Assembly: GCF_964204645.1 (NCBI RefSeq)
Contig: NC_134031.1
Coordinates: forward strand, 10,044,001-10,108,000
From: Tubulanus polymorphus
Taxonomy: Eukaryota; Animalia; Nemertea
Length of the DNA stretch: 64,000 bases
Reading direction: 5' to 3'
The notes beneath the pieces were generated by a model that saw only the letters and a list, made by a program, of their open reading frames with translations, was not told the DNA's origin and did not search any database. The position numbers were made by a program, and so were the translations under genes. Within the stretch, counting starts at the first letter, position 1; each line of letters opens with the position of its first letter. Shown here piece after piece: positions 53,488 through 64,000 of the stretch.

Positions 53488-56054
53488 ATGGATGTAGAAG
53501 GTGGAGAAGATATTGGAATGGATACTTTCGATGAACCCGGCATAACTGAAGAACAACACCTGATTTTAATGATACAAGTTTTAATGACGGTAATAAGCCA
53601 GAATATAATAATAATTTAAATATGCCTGATTATATTTAAAATGCAGAATCACAATTAGATCCTGAAAATTTAGATCCAGATTTAGTATAAGAAGATTTAG
53701 ATAATTCAAACAAAATACCTAAATTAGAACATATAATTGAAAATTCTAAACTTAACATAAATGATGAAGACGTTGGACCTTTAGCAGATCAATTAAAATT
53801 TTTAGATAATGGTAAATGGTATTATCATTTGAAAAGTGATTATTATATTGATATCACTTATAAAAATAATAAAAATAACATATTAACAAAATCAACTTTG
53901 AGTGATTTAGATCCAGATAGAATTAAAAGAATTAGTAATAGTAATGTAATAACTGATGTTTTAAAACAAGAATTAACTGATAATGATATAGACGTATTTA
54001 AACAAAGAAGTAATGAATTATTTGAAATAATCAAAAAGAAATCCGAAACAGAAACAACCTCTGAACGGAATATAACTTCCAAAACTAGTAAACTCAAATC
54101 AAATAAAGTTCCAATTGAAAAACTTTTACCGAATGGATTAATTGATGCAACGGATCGAGAATTAGAAGATTTAAATATATTTTCTGATAAAGCAATTAGA
54201 GAAATGATTGGTATAAGAAATGAAGCTGATAAATTTGCGCATGAAAAAAGTAAGAGATTTTAAAATAAGAACTTTAAAAAAAGAAAAAAACTGATAAAAT
54301 TAAAGAAATAGAACAATTAAAATAAGATAGACATAATAAAGTTATTGAAGATATTGAATTTAACAAGAGGACCATAAGGTCCATATGATCGAAGACAGAG
54401 CATGAGGAGATATCAGTTTTAGTGAAAGCAATTCACGTGTTTCCAGGGTTTCTTTTAACAATTATGGACATTTTCCCCCAGACAAAAGTGGTCCTATTTT
54501 CTCAATGTCATGAAAAATTCTTTGAGGAATTGTGAAAATAAACTGATTATTTTTTTTTCTAAAGACATTAAAGTGTTCTTATTTTAGTTTCTTTCAATAT
54601 AACGATCTTTTTCAAAAATAATATACGTGGATCTACATTCCCTAAAAAGCATAACGTAATCGTTCCAGACATCCTACCCACCCTATTTCCCATAATGGTA
54701 TAGTCCACGCGTTAACCAATGAAACTGTGTTCTCTGTGCGTATGATGCTTCAATGAATGAAATTCATGTGACAGGTACTACTACTAGTGGTAATTTTTAT
54801 TTACCAAAGACCACATGGTAACATAGGAATGCACTTTAAATGGCTCTAAAAATCCTCAAACTTTCCCCTTTGCCTTGGGCTTGACGGCTGATGTGCCGAC
54901 TTGGCATAGATACGCTTATACAATTTTTTCCAAATAAAGAGAACTGACATTTTTTAACAATCACAGAAGCCCTGCGTATCTCACTATATCTTTTTTTCTA
55001 GTACCATGCGCCGAACAGTTTATCTTTCGTCAGTCAATCTGAGTCGGCCTGTGTTTATACGAGGCGGGACACAGCCACTTGTCTCGCTGTGTGTATACAG
55101 CACTGCTGTCTCTAGTCTACTATTACATGTACTATAACTCACTCGTACTTAGTACGCGAGCACCTGTGAGGATAGTGATGGGGATAACACTTCATTGCTG
55201 AGTAAAATCGATATAGACAATTCACTGATATGGTTAGCCCTTGGTGCGCCTCAAAACTTTCTATAATTCATCACGATTTTGGGACCCTAGGTACAACAGG
55301 CTATGATGTTCATAGCTAGGATCATGCATATAGGCAAATGACGCGTTACAGACAACTTTTTATTGGATTATCAGTTCTATATCGATACAGCATTGTGGGA
55401 CTATATCCATGGCAACAGAGATACTACGGGTGTTGTTCGGTGAATGGCAGAATTTTTACCAGCGACGATCCCTATATGGTCTTCGACCATGAAAAAAGAA
55501 ATGCATATTTAGAAAAAAAAATTGATGATTTAGAATATAACATAGAATTTCAAAAAGAAGAAATAAAATTATTATTGAAATCATATGATTGTAATATTAA
55601 TAGATTAAAAGTTACTTTTAAAGATTTGTTGATAAAACCAAATTCTGAAATATCATTGGAAGATAGAATAAAATTATTATTTATTATTTAGAAGGTATCA
55701 CAATTCTTTCAATTCTAACAGCTGTAACTATGTTATTTACAACAATTGGTTTAGCTATTTCAAATTCATTAAAATCTACGCCTACACCCAATAAATCGGA
55801 TAAACCTCCTAGTCATAATAATTCTATAAAGGATAAAGTTAGAGATGGATTTAAAAAAATTAGCAAAATATTTATGGGAACTATCTAAAAAATCTGCTGC
55901 AGCTTTACCCGGAATTATTGCATCAATTGTTGGTTTTGTTTTAAAATCTGCTGGGAATACTCTTAACTTTGCTGCTGAACATATTACTTTATTTTTAATT
56001 ACAGTTGTAAGTGCTATTATTTTTGGGTTAGTGAATATGATAAAAAATAAATAA
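53488..56054 (+). pseudogene. Large acidic/coiled-coil protein with C-terminal membrane helices, interrupted by a HINE
   Basis: TAAATG start; acidic N-terminus; LEDRIKLLF...GITILSILTAVTMLFTTIGLAIS...SAAALPGIIASIVGFVL...AEHITLFLITVVSAIIFGLV. Confidence 0.72.
54362..55490 (-). mobile_element. HINE-type element (family C)
   Basis: aacaagaggaccataaggtcc hairpin; sub-TIR atgatcgaagac / gtcttcgaccat; inserted at AA/TT. Confidence 0.72.
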
Positions 56055-56074
56055 TTAATTTTTTTGTTAAATAA

Positions 56075-57669
56075 ATGAGTGGGAGTTATATAAATCCTTC
56101 TAAGAATTCTAGAATATCTAATGCTATTAAGGCAGAGAAATCTCATCATATAATTACTCATAATCCTTCTAATATTAATCCTGATGAAACTTTATATGTT
56201 AGAATCCCGAGATTAAATCAAAAGACCTTTTATGTTCCCAATAGTATCTATTTATCAGCTGATATAAAAGTAACTGATCATGATAATAATTATGTTGTTG
56301 ATAATGTTAGAAGATATTTGATTAAAAAATTAATTGTAAAGATTGGAACAGAAACAGTTTTTTCATTAGATGATTATAATTTATTTATGCATTATAAAGA
56401 TTTATGGTCAACAAAAGAAAATAGAAATAATATGATTTTTCAAGGCATCCAATCCTTAAATCAAAATAAATTAAGATCAGACGCTGATAACGCAATAGTA
56501 GCTAATGCTGTAGATAATTTAATAAAAAAGGTTTATGGTAGTAAATATAAAATTCCATTAGATTTTGAATTGATAAATAATAATGCACCTTTATATAAAT
56601 ATGTTATACAAGAAGATATTATATTTGAAATAACATTTGCTCCTGTTAATGAAATTGTATTTTCTAGCGTTGTTAAAGATATGGGTTATAAATTATCGAA
56701 TATATGTTTAGAATATGACACAGTAACTGATGAAAATATTGCTAGCATAATTCAAACTCAATATCATCAAGGATTTTCATTATTATATGATTATATTGTA
56801 ATAATATGATTTTTCAAGGCATCCAATCCTTAAATCAAAATAAATTAAGATCAGAGGCTGATAACGCAATAGTAGCTAATGCTGTAGATAATTCAATAAA
56901 AAAGGTTTATGGTAGTAAATATAAAATTCCATTAGATTTTGAATTGATAAATAATAATGCACCTTTATATAAATATGTTATACAAGAAGATATTATACTT
57001 GAAATAACATTTGCTTCTGTTAATGAAATTGTATTTTCTAGCGTTGTTAAAGATATGGGTTATAAATTATCGAATATATGTTTAGAATATGACACAGTAA
57101 CTGATGAAAATATTGCTAGCATAATTCAAACTCAATATCATCAAGGATTTTCATTATCATATGATTATGTTGAAAAATTTAAAATTGTAACTATTAAAGC
57201 AAATGATGAAATAATTAATGAGAATATTAACTTCCCAAGAAGATCTATTAAAGGCGTATTAATATTTTTTACCATTGCAACATATTCTAATGGTGCAATA
57301 AATGTTGATAATTATTATAATCCGGAAATATCAAAAGTAGAAATAACAATTGAAGGCATAGCAAATGAGATACTTTGCCAAGGAATGAGAATGATTTTAT
57401 GAATGAATAAGTAAAATCATTTGAAAATTGTAAAATTAATCAAATTGATTATTATACCGGTAATAAATACGCATTATGGTTAGATTTAAGAACAACAGAG
57501 GATAACTTATTACATGGTTCTGGGAAAAAATTACAAAATACAAAAGACGGGATACAATTATTCATGAAAAAGAAAAAAAGGAGGTTTAAATTATAAAATG
57601 CATATTTGTATTATATCTGACGCGCAATTAAATATTATAAATTCTCAATTAGATAGTATTCAATATTAA
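56075..57669 (+). pseudogene. Major capsid protein (double jelly-roll), disrupted by a 374-bp tandem duplication
   Basis: ITHNPSNINPDETLYVRIPRL, YKIPLDFELI, YKLSNICLEYDTV, YYNPEISKVEITIEG, KYALWLDLRT...LHGSG and ISDAQLNI; size and position fit a Polinton MCP. Confidence 0.8.
56426..57168 (+). repeat. Tandem duplication, 2 x ~374 bp
   Basis: aataatatgatttttcaaggc...atgattat at 56426 and again at 56800. Confidence 0.95.
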
Positions 57670-57699
57670 GAATATAAAGTTAAAATCAACGATGTATAA

Positions 57700-60600
57700 A
57701 TGGGGGATAAAAAAACTCGAAATACTAAAGAACAATATTTAAGAAATTTATATTATAACCCTGAGAGTTCAGTTGCTTATTCTTCTACCAAAAGTATATG
57801 GCGTCAAGTAAAACAAGATAAATTAGATAAGATAATCCCAAAAAATTTAGTTAAATATAAAGATATAAATGATTTTATGTTAGAACAACCAACATATACA
57901 ACACATAAAAAAATTGTTAGAAAATATAAAACTCGTAAAACTATGGTAAGTTATGTAGATCAACAGTGGCAAGGAGATTTAATTGACATGAAAAATCTTA
58001 AAAAAGATAATAATGATTATTGGTGGATATTGAATATAATTGATATTTTTAGTCGTTATGTATGGAGTTTTCCACTATTCAGAAAAGATGCAGTACAAAC
58101 ATCAAATGTTTTAAGAAAATTTCTTTTAGGTGGTAAAATAAAGCCAGAAAAAATACAATTTGATGATGGAAAAGAATTTTGTTATTCATCTGTTCATGAA
58201 CTCTTAGACTATCATAATATTAAAGATATTTCAACAAAATCGGATAAAAAAGCAGCAGATGTTTTACCGCAATTGATAGAAGGTTATAATAATTCTTATC
58301 ATTCTTCTATTGGAATGTACCTATTGATGCCAGAAAACCTGAAAATGCTGAAATTGTTTGGAATAATTTATATGGGGCATTTCTTTTAAAGTTGGTCAAA
58401 ATGTAAGAATTTCTAAGTATAAAAAGATATTTGATACGATCGTAATTTTACTAGAGAAATATATAAAATTTAGATGGTGAAGAAGTTGATGGGTACATTT
58501 ATGAAGAAGAATTAAGTTTAACTACTGAAAATCTAGAACAAGAATATAAAAATGAACAAGAGCCCCATGGGGCACAATGGCCAGCCAGTCAGATTTGCTT
58601 TTTATAAATGATGTAATCTGTGGGTTATATTTATCAATATACACTCCCTGCTCAATATCATTTACATAGTAAAATCGTGTGTTAACACAGACAGCAGGAA
58701 CGAATGTAATATAGAAATACTAAGTTATTGTATTGTTCAACGCCCCCTGGTGGCCATAAAAAAAAACAATGAGCTTGAAACTCACCTCGATCATAGAACA
58801 TGTCATGAGCTACAACTTTCCAATTGATTATAGTAGCAAAATATGCTTAAGTATCAATTATGATGTGGAAAAACTTTTTTTCCACCTACGAATGAGTACT
58901 GATGACCCCAAGATGGCTGCCAAGTGCGTCATAATTGCCTGGTCAAAAATACCCTCTCGGATATAAAAGATCCCTTTCCAAAGAATACCCATTACAAATT
59001 GCAATGAAACATGGCGCACCATTAGAAAGCTACAGTACTCAGAATTCAGGCCAAAATTGACATTTTTGGGAACAAAAAAGGTCACAGTACGGCCATCTTG
59101 AGTCCGATCGACTCAATTTTTCTCATGCCGATGGGCCCTCGGGGGATACAAATATATACGAATGATCAAGGTTATTGATAAAAGTGTCTTCAAAATTTCC
59201 CTCGAAAACTTCAAAAATGTGTAAAAAGTGCTGATTTTGGCGAACAACAATGGCTGCCAGTCGGCCATCTTGAATCTGACAGGGCCAGTTTTTGGCCTGA
59301 AGATGTGTCTAGTGTAGATACACGTATAAAACAAATATCAAGACATTACCTTGAAGCGTCTTCAAAACTTTGGAACTCTCACGAACTATCTAGATGGTTA
59401 TCTCTCGACCTCAATAGCTTCAAGACCCATCTCAAAACAACTTTGTTCCATGCAGCATACCATTAACTCTCGGAAAGCGAATTGTATTTAACATTTTTTG
59501 GCAGAATAAAATTTGATTGAATTTGCAATTCGGGCACATGGCTAATTAGCATATCAAGGTCACACACCCGATTTGGTAAAACCTTTTTTCGCGAACCTTG
59601 CGCAATTGTCAAGGATGAATTTTCTGTAGAGCAAATAAAATTCCTCCCAAACACCAAATCAACTAAAGATTTCATAGAAATCGATCTTGAAATACAATTT
59701 TAAATCTTAAAATAAAACCCGGAAGTAAAACAGTAGACGATACCGCGTATTCACGTGAACACCTGATTTCTGTAAACGAAATGTTGGTTGTGACAAAATT
59801 GTTCAGACGGTTTTAGGTGGTAATAAGTACGGAAACGTAACGACCATGGTCGACTTATTCGATGAAATCAGGCCTATGTGATATCCAAATTTTGACTTTT
59901 TTATTCTCCAGACCTCCCTGATATAGAAATAAAAAATTTTGGTGGTACGAAAGTGCAATCACAGCGCCGATGGGGACAGAGCCGTGTCAGAGATCGGCGG
60001 AGTGAAAATTGAGGTGGACGAACACGAAGAAGTAGGCTATTGCGCTACTTGAATCACGAAAACTCCTGGCGCGGCCCTGACGCTTTTCGTTGATTAAGTA
60101 ATACAAATATCATGCAATGGGTTTTCACAATCTACCGCTGGTATTTACCGGATTTCAATATCACTCCAAAATTCAAAGAAACCTCGAAATATCGAACCGG
60201 AACACTTCCGGTAGATATCCGCGGCTGCCCAACCGGGAAACTTATTTGTTTCAATAGATATTGATAGGATCCATCATCTTCACCCGTCAAGGGATTCGAA
60301 CCCACTAAGCTAAAGCCATGCCAGAATCGGCCGGGCCAATCACAGCGCTTGTTACAAACCACATTAGGCTTCTGTGGAATTTCCCAGTAAATGGGCCAAT
60401 CAGCGAACACGTAGCGAACGCGGAAGTATTGTCGCGTGTTGATACATGACGTCATGCGCAAAAGCGCCAGTAATGAAATCGCGATAATTCACGTGAACAG
60501 CTGCTGATATTTTCAGATAAACCAATCACAGGGAAGACACAACTTCCTGATTGGCTGATAAAAATTGAAATTTTCCCGATTTAACTTTCGTGAAAAATGC

Positions 60601-60900
60601 AGAAAACATTTTTATGAGACCCTATTTCAAAATTCTGCTCGCTACGATTCCGAGAATGGATTACGCTTAAATACGTGATTTGTTCGAATATGCCCTCACT
60701 TGGCAAGCAAAAGAGCCTTTTGTGTGGAAACCATGTCATTTAAATTCGCTCCATTTGTATAGTAATAGGCTCAGCCTACGGCTGGCCTAAAAAGTATTAA
60801 AAACAAAAACTGTTAATAGAAAAAAATATTCTTTAGTAAAATTGGTTGGATGGCCAGATAAATTCAATGAATGGATATTATCGAGTAAAATTAAATATAT
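57700..60900 (+). pseudogene. Retroviral-like (rve) integrase with C-terminal chromodomain, interrupted by a HINE
   Basis: LYYNP, WQGDLIDM, IDIFSRYVW, IQFDDGKEF, YNNSYHSSIGM; segment with the catalytic Glu is missing; LVKLVGWPDKFNEWI after 60790. Confidence 0.9.
58555..60789 (-). mobile_element. HINE family A composite with nested HINE-B fragment (~58700-59370) and L2 3' fragment (~59370-59465)
   Basis: aacaagagccccatggggc...taggctcagcctacggctggccta; internal segments match families A and B. Confidence 0.8.
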
Positions 60901-60904
60901 ATAA

Positions 60905-61867
<963 letters not shown>

Positions 61868-61869
61868 AC

Positions 61870-62041
61870 TCAACTAGCTTGTTAATCTATTATATCTTTA
61901 GTTACATTCTAGTTGAATTCTAGTTATTAGTAGTTGAAACAGAAATCAAATAAAATTCAACACGAAATAAATAAAAACAATAATATTTCAACTAGCTTGT
62001 TAATCTAGTATATTTTTAGTTACATTCTAGTTAAATTCTAG
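61870..62041. repeat. Two ~54-bp direct repeats with hairpin potential in a Polinton intergenic region
   Basis: tcaactagcttgttaatcta...tttagttacattctagtt.aattctag at 61870 and 61988; tcaactag / ctagttga inverted. Confidence 0.8.
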
Positions 62042-62075
62042 CTGTAACAACACAATTAATTTTTTTGTTATATAA

Positions 62076-62590
62076 ATGGGAGGTGGAAAGAAAATAAAAT
62101 CTAAAAATAGTGATGTTCCAATTGAAAAAACTTTGGATGATTTAGGTATTACAGAAACAAAATTAACACCAGATAATAATGGTGCGTTAAATGATATTAC
62201 TACAAACAATAATTATGAATATTATCTTTATTGCAAACATCAATTAGAAATGTTAATAGCATCTGGGAAATTAAAAAGTTTTATTATTAAAAATTTAACT
62301 TATAATGAATAAGATACAATAAAATTACTAAATTATTTAAGATTTATGAAACTGCGAGAATAGCTAGACTCAATGATGCGATATCAGAAACTGTATTAAA
62401 AGGTTATAGTAAATTATGTAAATATATGCTACCAATTCAAGATGAAAATAGATTATATTCCGATTTAAAAAATGATTATTAAGTTATGACTGAATCAAAT
62501 AAATGGATTGGATATTTATCATTTCAATTAGGTGGATTTATGACATTTATCAACTGGAGTTATAACATTTTCAAATATTGAAAGTAATAA
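62076..62590 (+). pseudogene. Hypothetical Polinton protein
   Basis: TAAATG start; LEMLIASGKLKSFI...IYETARIARLND...LPIQDENRLYSDLKND; stops and frameshift. Confidence 0.6.
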
Positions 62591-62604
62591 TTTTTCTACA
62601 ATAA

Positions 62605-63265
62605 ATGAGCAAAGTGGAAGAGGTGAAAGGATTAACTGTGAAGAAAAAACCGAGATCACAGAAACAAATTGAATGGTCTCGGCAATAAGGAAGGCAATAA
62701 GAGAATTTTAAAAAGCTATAAAAGAAAAAATAAATAAAGATATTAATAAGAATTTGGCCACTAAAAATGTCATAGGACGGCCATCTTGAGTCCGATCGAC
62801 CCAATTTTTCTTATGTTGATGGGCCCTTGGGGGATTCAAATAGATACAAACCAGCAATGTAATTGATAAAAGCGTCTTCAAAATTTTACTCGAAAACTTC
62901 GAAAATGTGTAAAAAGTGCTGATTTTGGGAAACAACAATGGCTGCCAGTCGGCCATCTTGAATCTGACAGGGCCAGTTTTTGGCCTGACGATGTATCTAG
63001 GGTAGATACATGTATAAACCAAATATCAAGACATTACCTTGAAGTGTCTTCAAAGCTTCCCAAAATAACTGGATTCCGTCTACGGACAGACGAACGCTAC
63101 GACGGACGGAAGAAAAGTGAACGCAATAGCCCGCTGGAACTAAAGTCCCAAGTGGGCTAATAAAAAATCAAATAAAGTTTACAATATTAATAATTCTGAA
63201 ACAACTACTATCAAAAATTAAAAATAAAAATTCCAAAATTTACCATAAAAAAATGGATTAATGTT
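62605..63265 (+). pseudogene. Small basic Polinton protein interrupted by a HINE-B fragment
   Basis: TAAATG start, MSKVEEVKGLTVKKKPRSQKQIEWSRQ; end approximate. Confidence 0.45.
62752..63158 (-). mobile_element. HINE family B fragment
   Basis: Matches ~41090-41482, including the gacg microsatellite and gcccgctgg...aagtgggcta end. Confidence 0.82.
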
Positions 63266-63528
63266 TCAGAAAAAAAGCGAAAAAAAAAAAATTTTCATTT
63301 TGTATCAATTAAATATCTCACTACTTTTGTCTATCTATGCGGAGCAATTTAATTGTCGAGATAAGTCATTTCGAATTCTTAATATTTAATTAATTTTATT
63401 ATCAATTTATTTTTTCAATCAACAATTTCTAAATCATGATGACCGTCTTCATTTTTTCCATGATAGATAATTCTAAATCCTTCTAAATCTTTTAATTCCT
63501 CTGTACTCAATGAAACCCATTTATAAGG

Positions 63529-63741
63529 TTAGAATACTTTAAATTCTCGCGTTGTACTAACATTACAGTAACTTAAATTTGCTGATATTTTATCTCCATA
63601 TTTAGTTTTTATCTTTTCTAATTTTAATATTTTATGTTCAATTTCTTTTGTAACATCAACTAACTTTTTTATTTCAAATTGTTTTTTTGCTGGTGTTATT
63701 CTGTTATTTATTGCCGCTAAGAATGCTTTTCTATCTCCCAT
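63529..63741 (-). CDS. Terminal inward-pointing Polinton ORF, unknown function (probably extends further left, decayed)
   Basis: MGDRKAFLAAINNRI...; start codon lies within the extended right TIR. Confidence 0.5.
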   Translation of the reverse strand: MGDRKAFLAAINNRITPAKKQFEIKKLVDVTKEIEHKILKLEKIKTKYGDKISANLSYCNVSTTREFKVF

Positions 63742-63856
63742 TCATTATAGGAAAAAATTACTTGTGGTGATCAGTGAGGAAAAAAAAATTACTTGTGGTG
63801 ATGAGTGTGTGTCGTACTTTCGTACTCTGGTCTGAACGCCTGATATTCCAATTACT
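63733..63856 (-). repeat. Polinton right terminal inverted repeat
   Basis: ...tggtgatgagtgtgtgtcgtactttcgtactctggtctgaacgcctgatattccaattact; contains a short internal duplication ggaaaaaa.ttacttgtggtgat. Confidence 0.92.
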
Positions 63857-64000
63857 CAAATCTGGACAATTTGGAAAGCTTGTCTTTTTTAATCATTTCT
63901 CATCACAAAAAGCGGGAAACTGCCAAAAAGCGGGAAATTCTCATCCCTGACTACAATCGTCAAAATTGGTAAATGTTCAAAGATGAAATGGTGATCATAA

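Noticed and set aside
60270-60330. Possible tRNA/SINE on the minus strand (gggttcgaatccc)
   Set aside because: Only the T-loop motif is present; no full tRNA fold; lies inside a HINE composite.

Overview
Animal genomic DNA, probably a marine invertebrate (inferred from the repeat families). All assignments were made by eye from motifs and terminal structures; no searches were run. The only host gene is the 3' end of KIFAP3 (kinesin-associated protein 3) on the minus strand. Four phase-compatible GT-AG exons (43790-43875, 33315-33510, 22544-22688, 1777-2011) are separated by 10-20 kb introns filled with decayed mobile elements. The last intron holds a 17.9 kb Copia LTR element (4373-22281) containing an L2 fragment, a full-length L1/Tx1 LINE, a full-length DIRS element and two CAG-ended MITEs. 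Many Helentron-type non-autonomous elements (HINEs), MITEs, and piggyBac and hAT remnants are scattered through the introns, along with a Penelope-type minimal hammerhead ribozyme. The main find is a structurally complete but pseudogenised Polinton/Maverick-like endogenous DNA virus (45548-63856), inserted inside a small TIR element. It has AGT...ACT terminal inverted repeats, protein-primed PolB, minor and major capsid genes, an integrase, a packaging ATPase, a cluster of membrane-protein genes and no recognisable maturation protease. Ten of its gene starts carry an exact TAAATG, most with an upstream T-run. This matches the poxvirus late-promoter initiator and suggests (inference) a virophage-like dependence on a helper large DNA virus.
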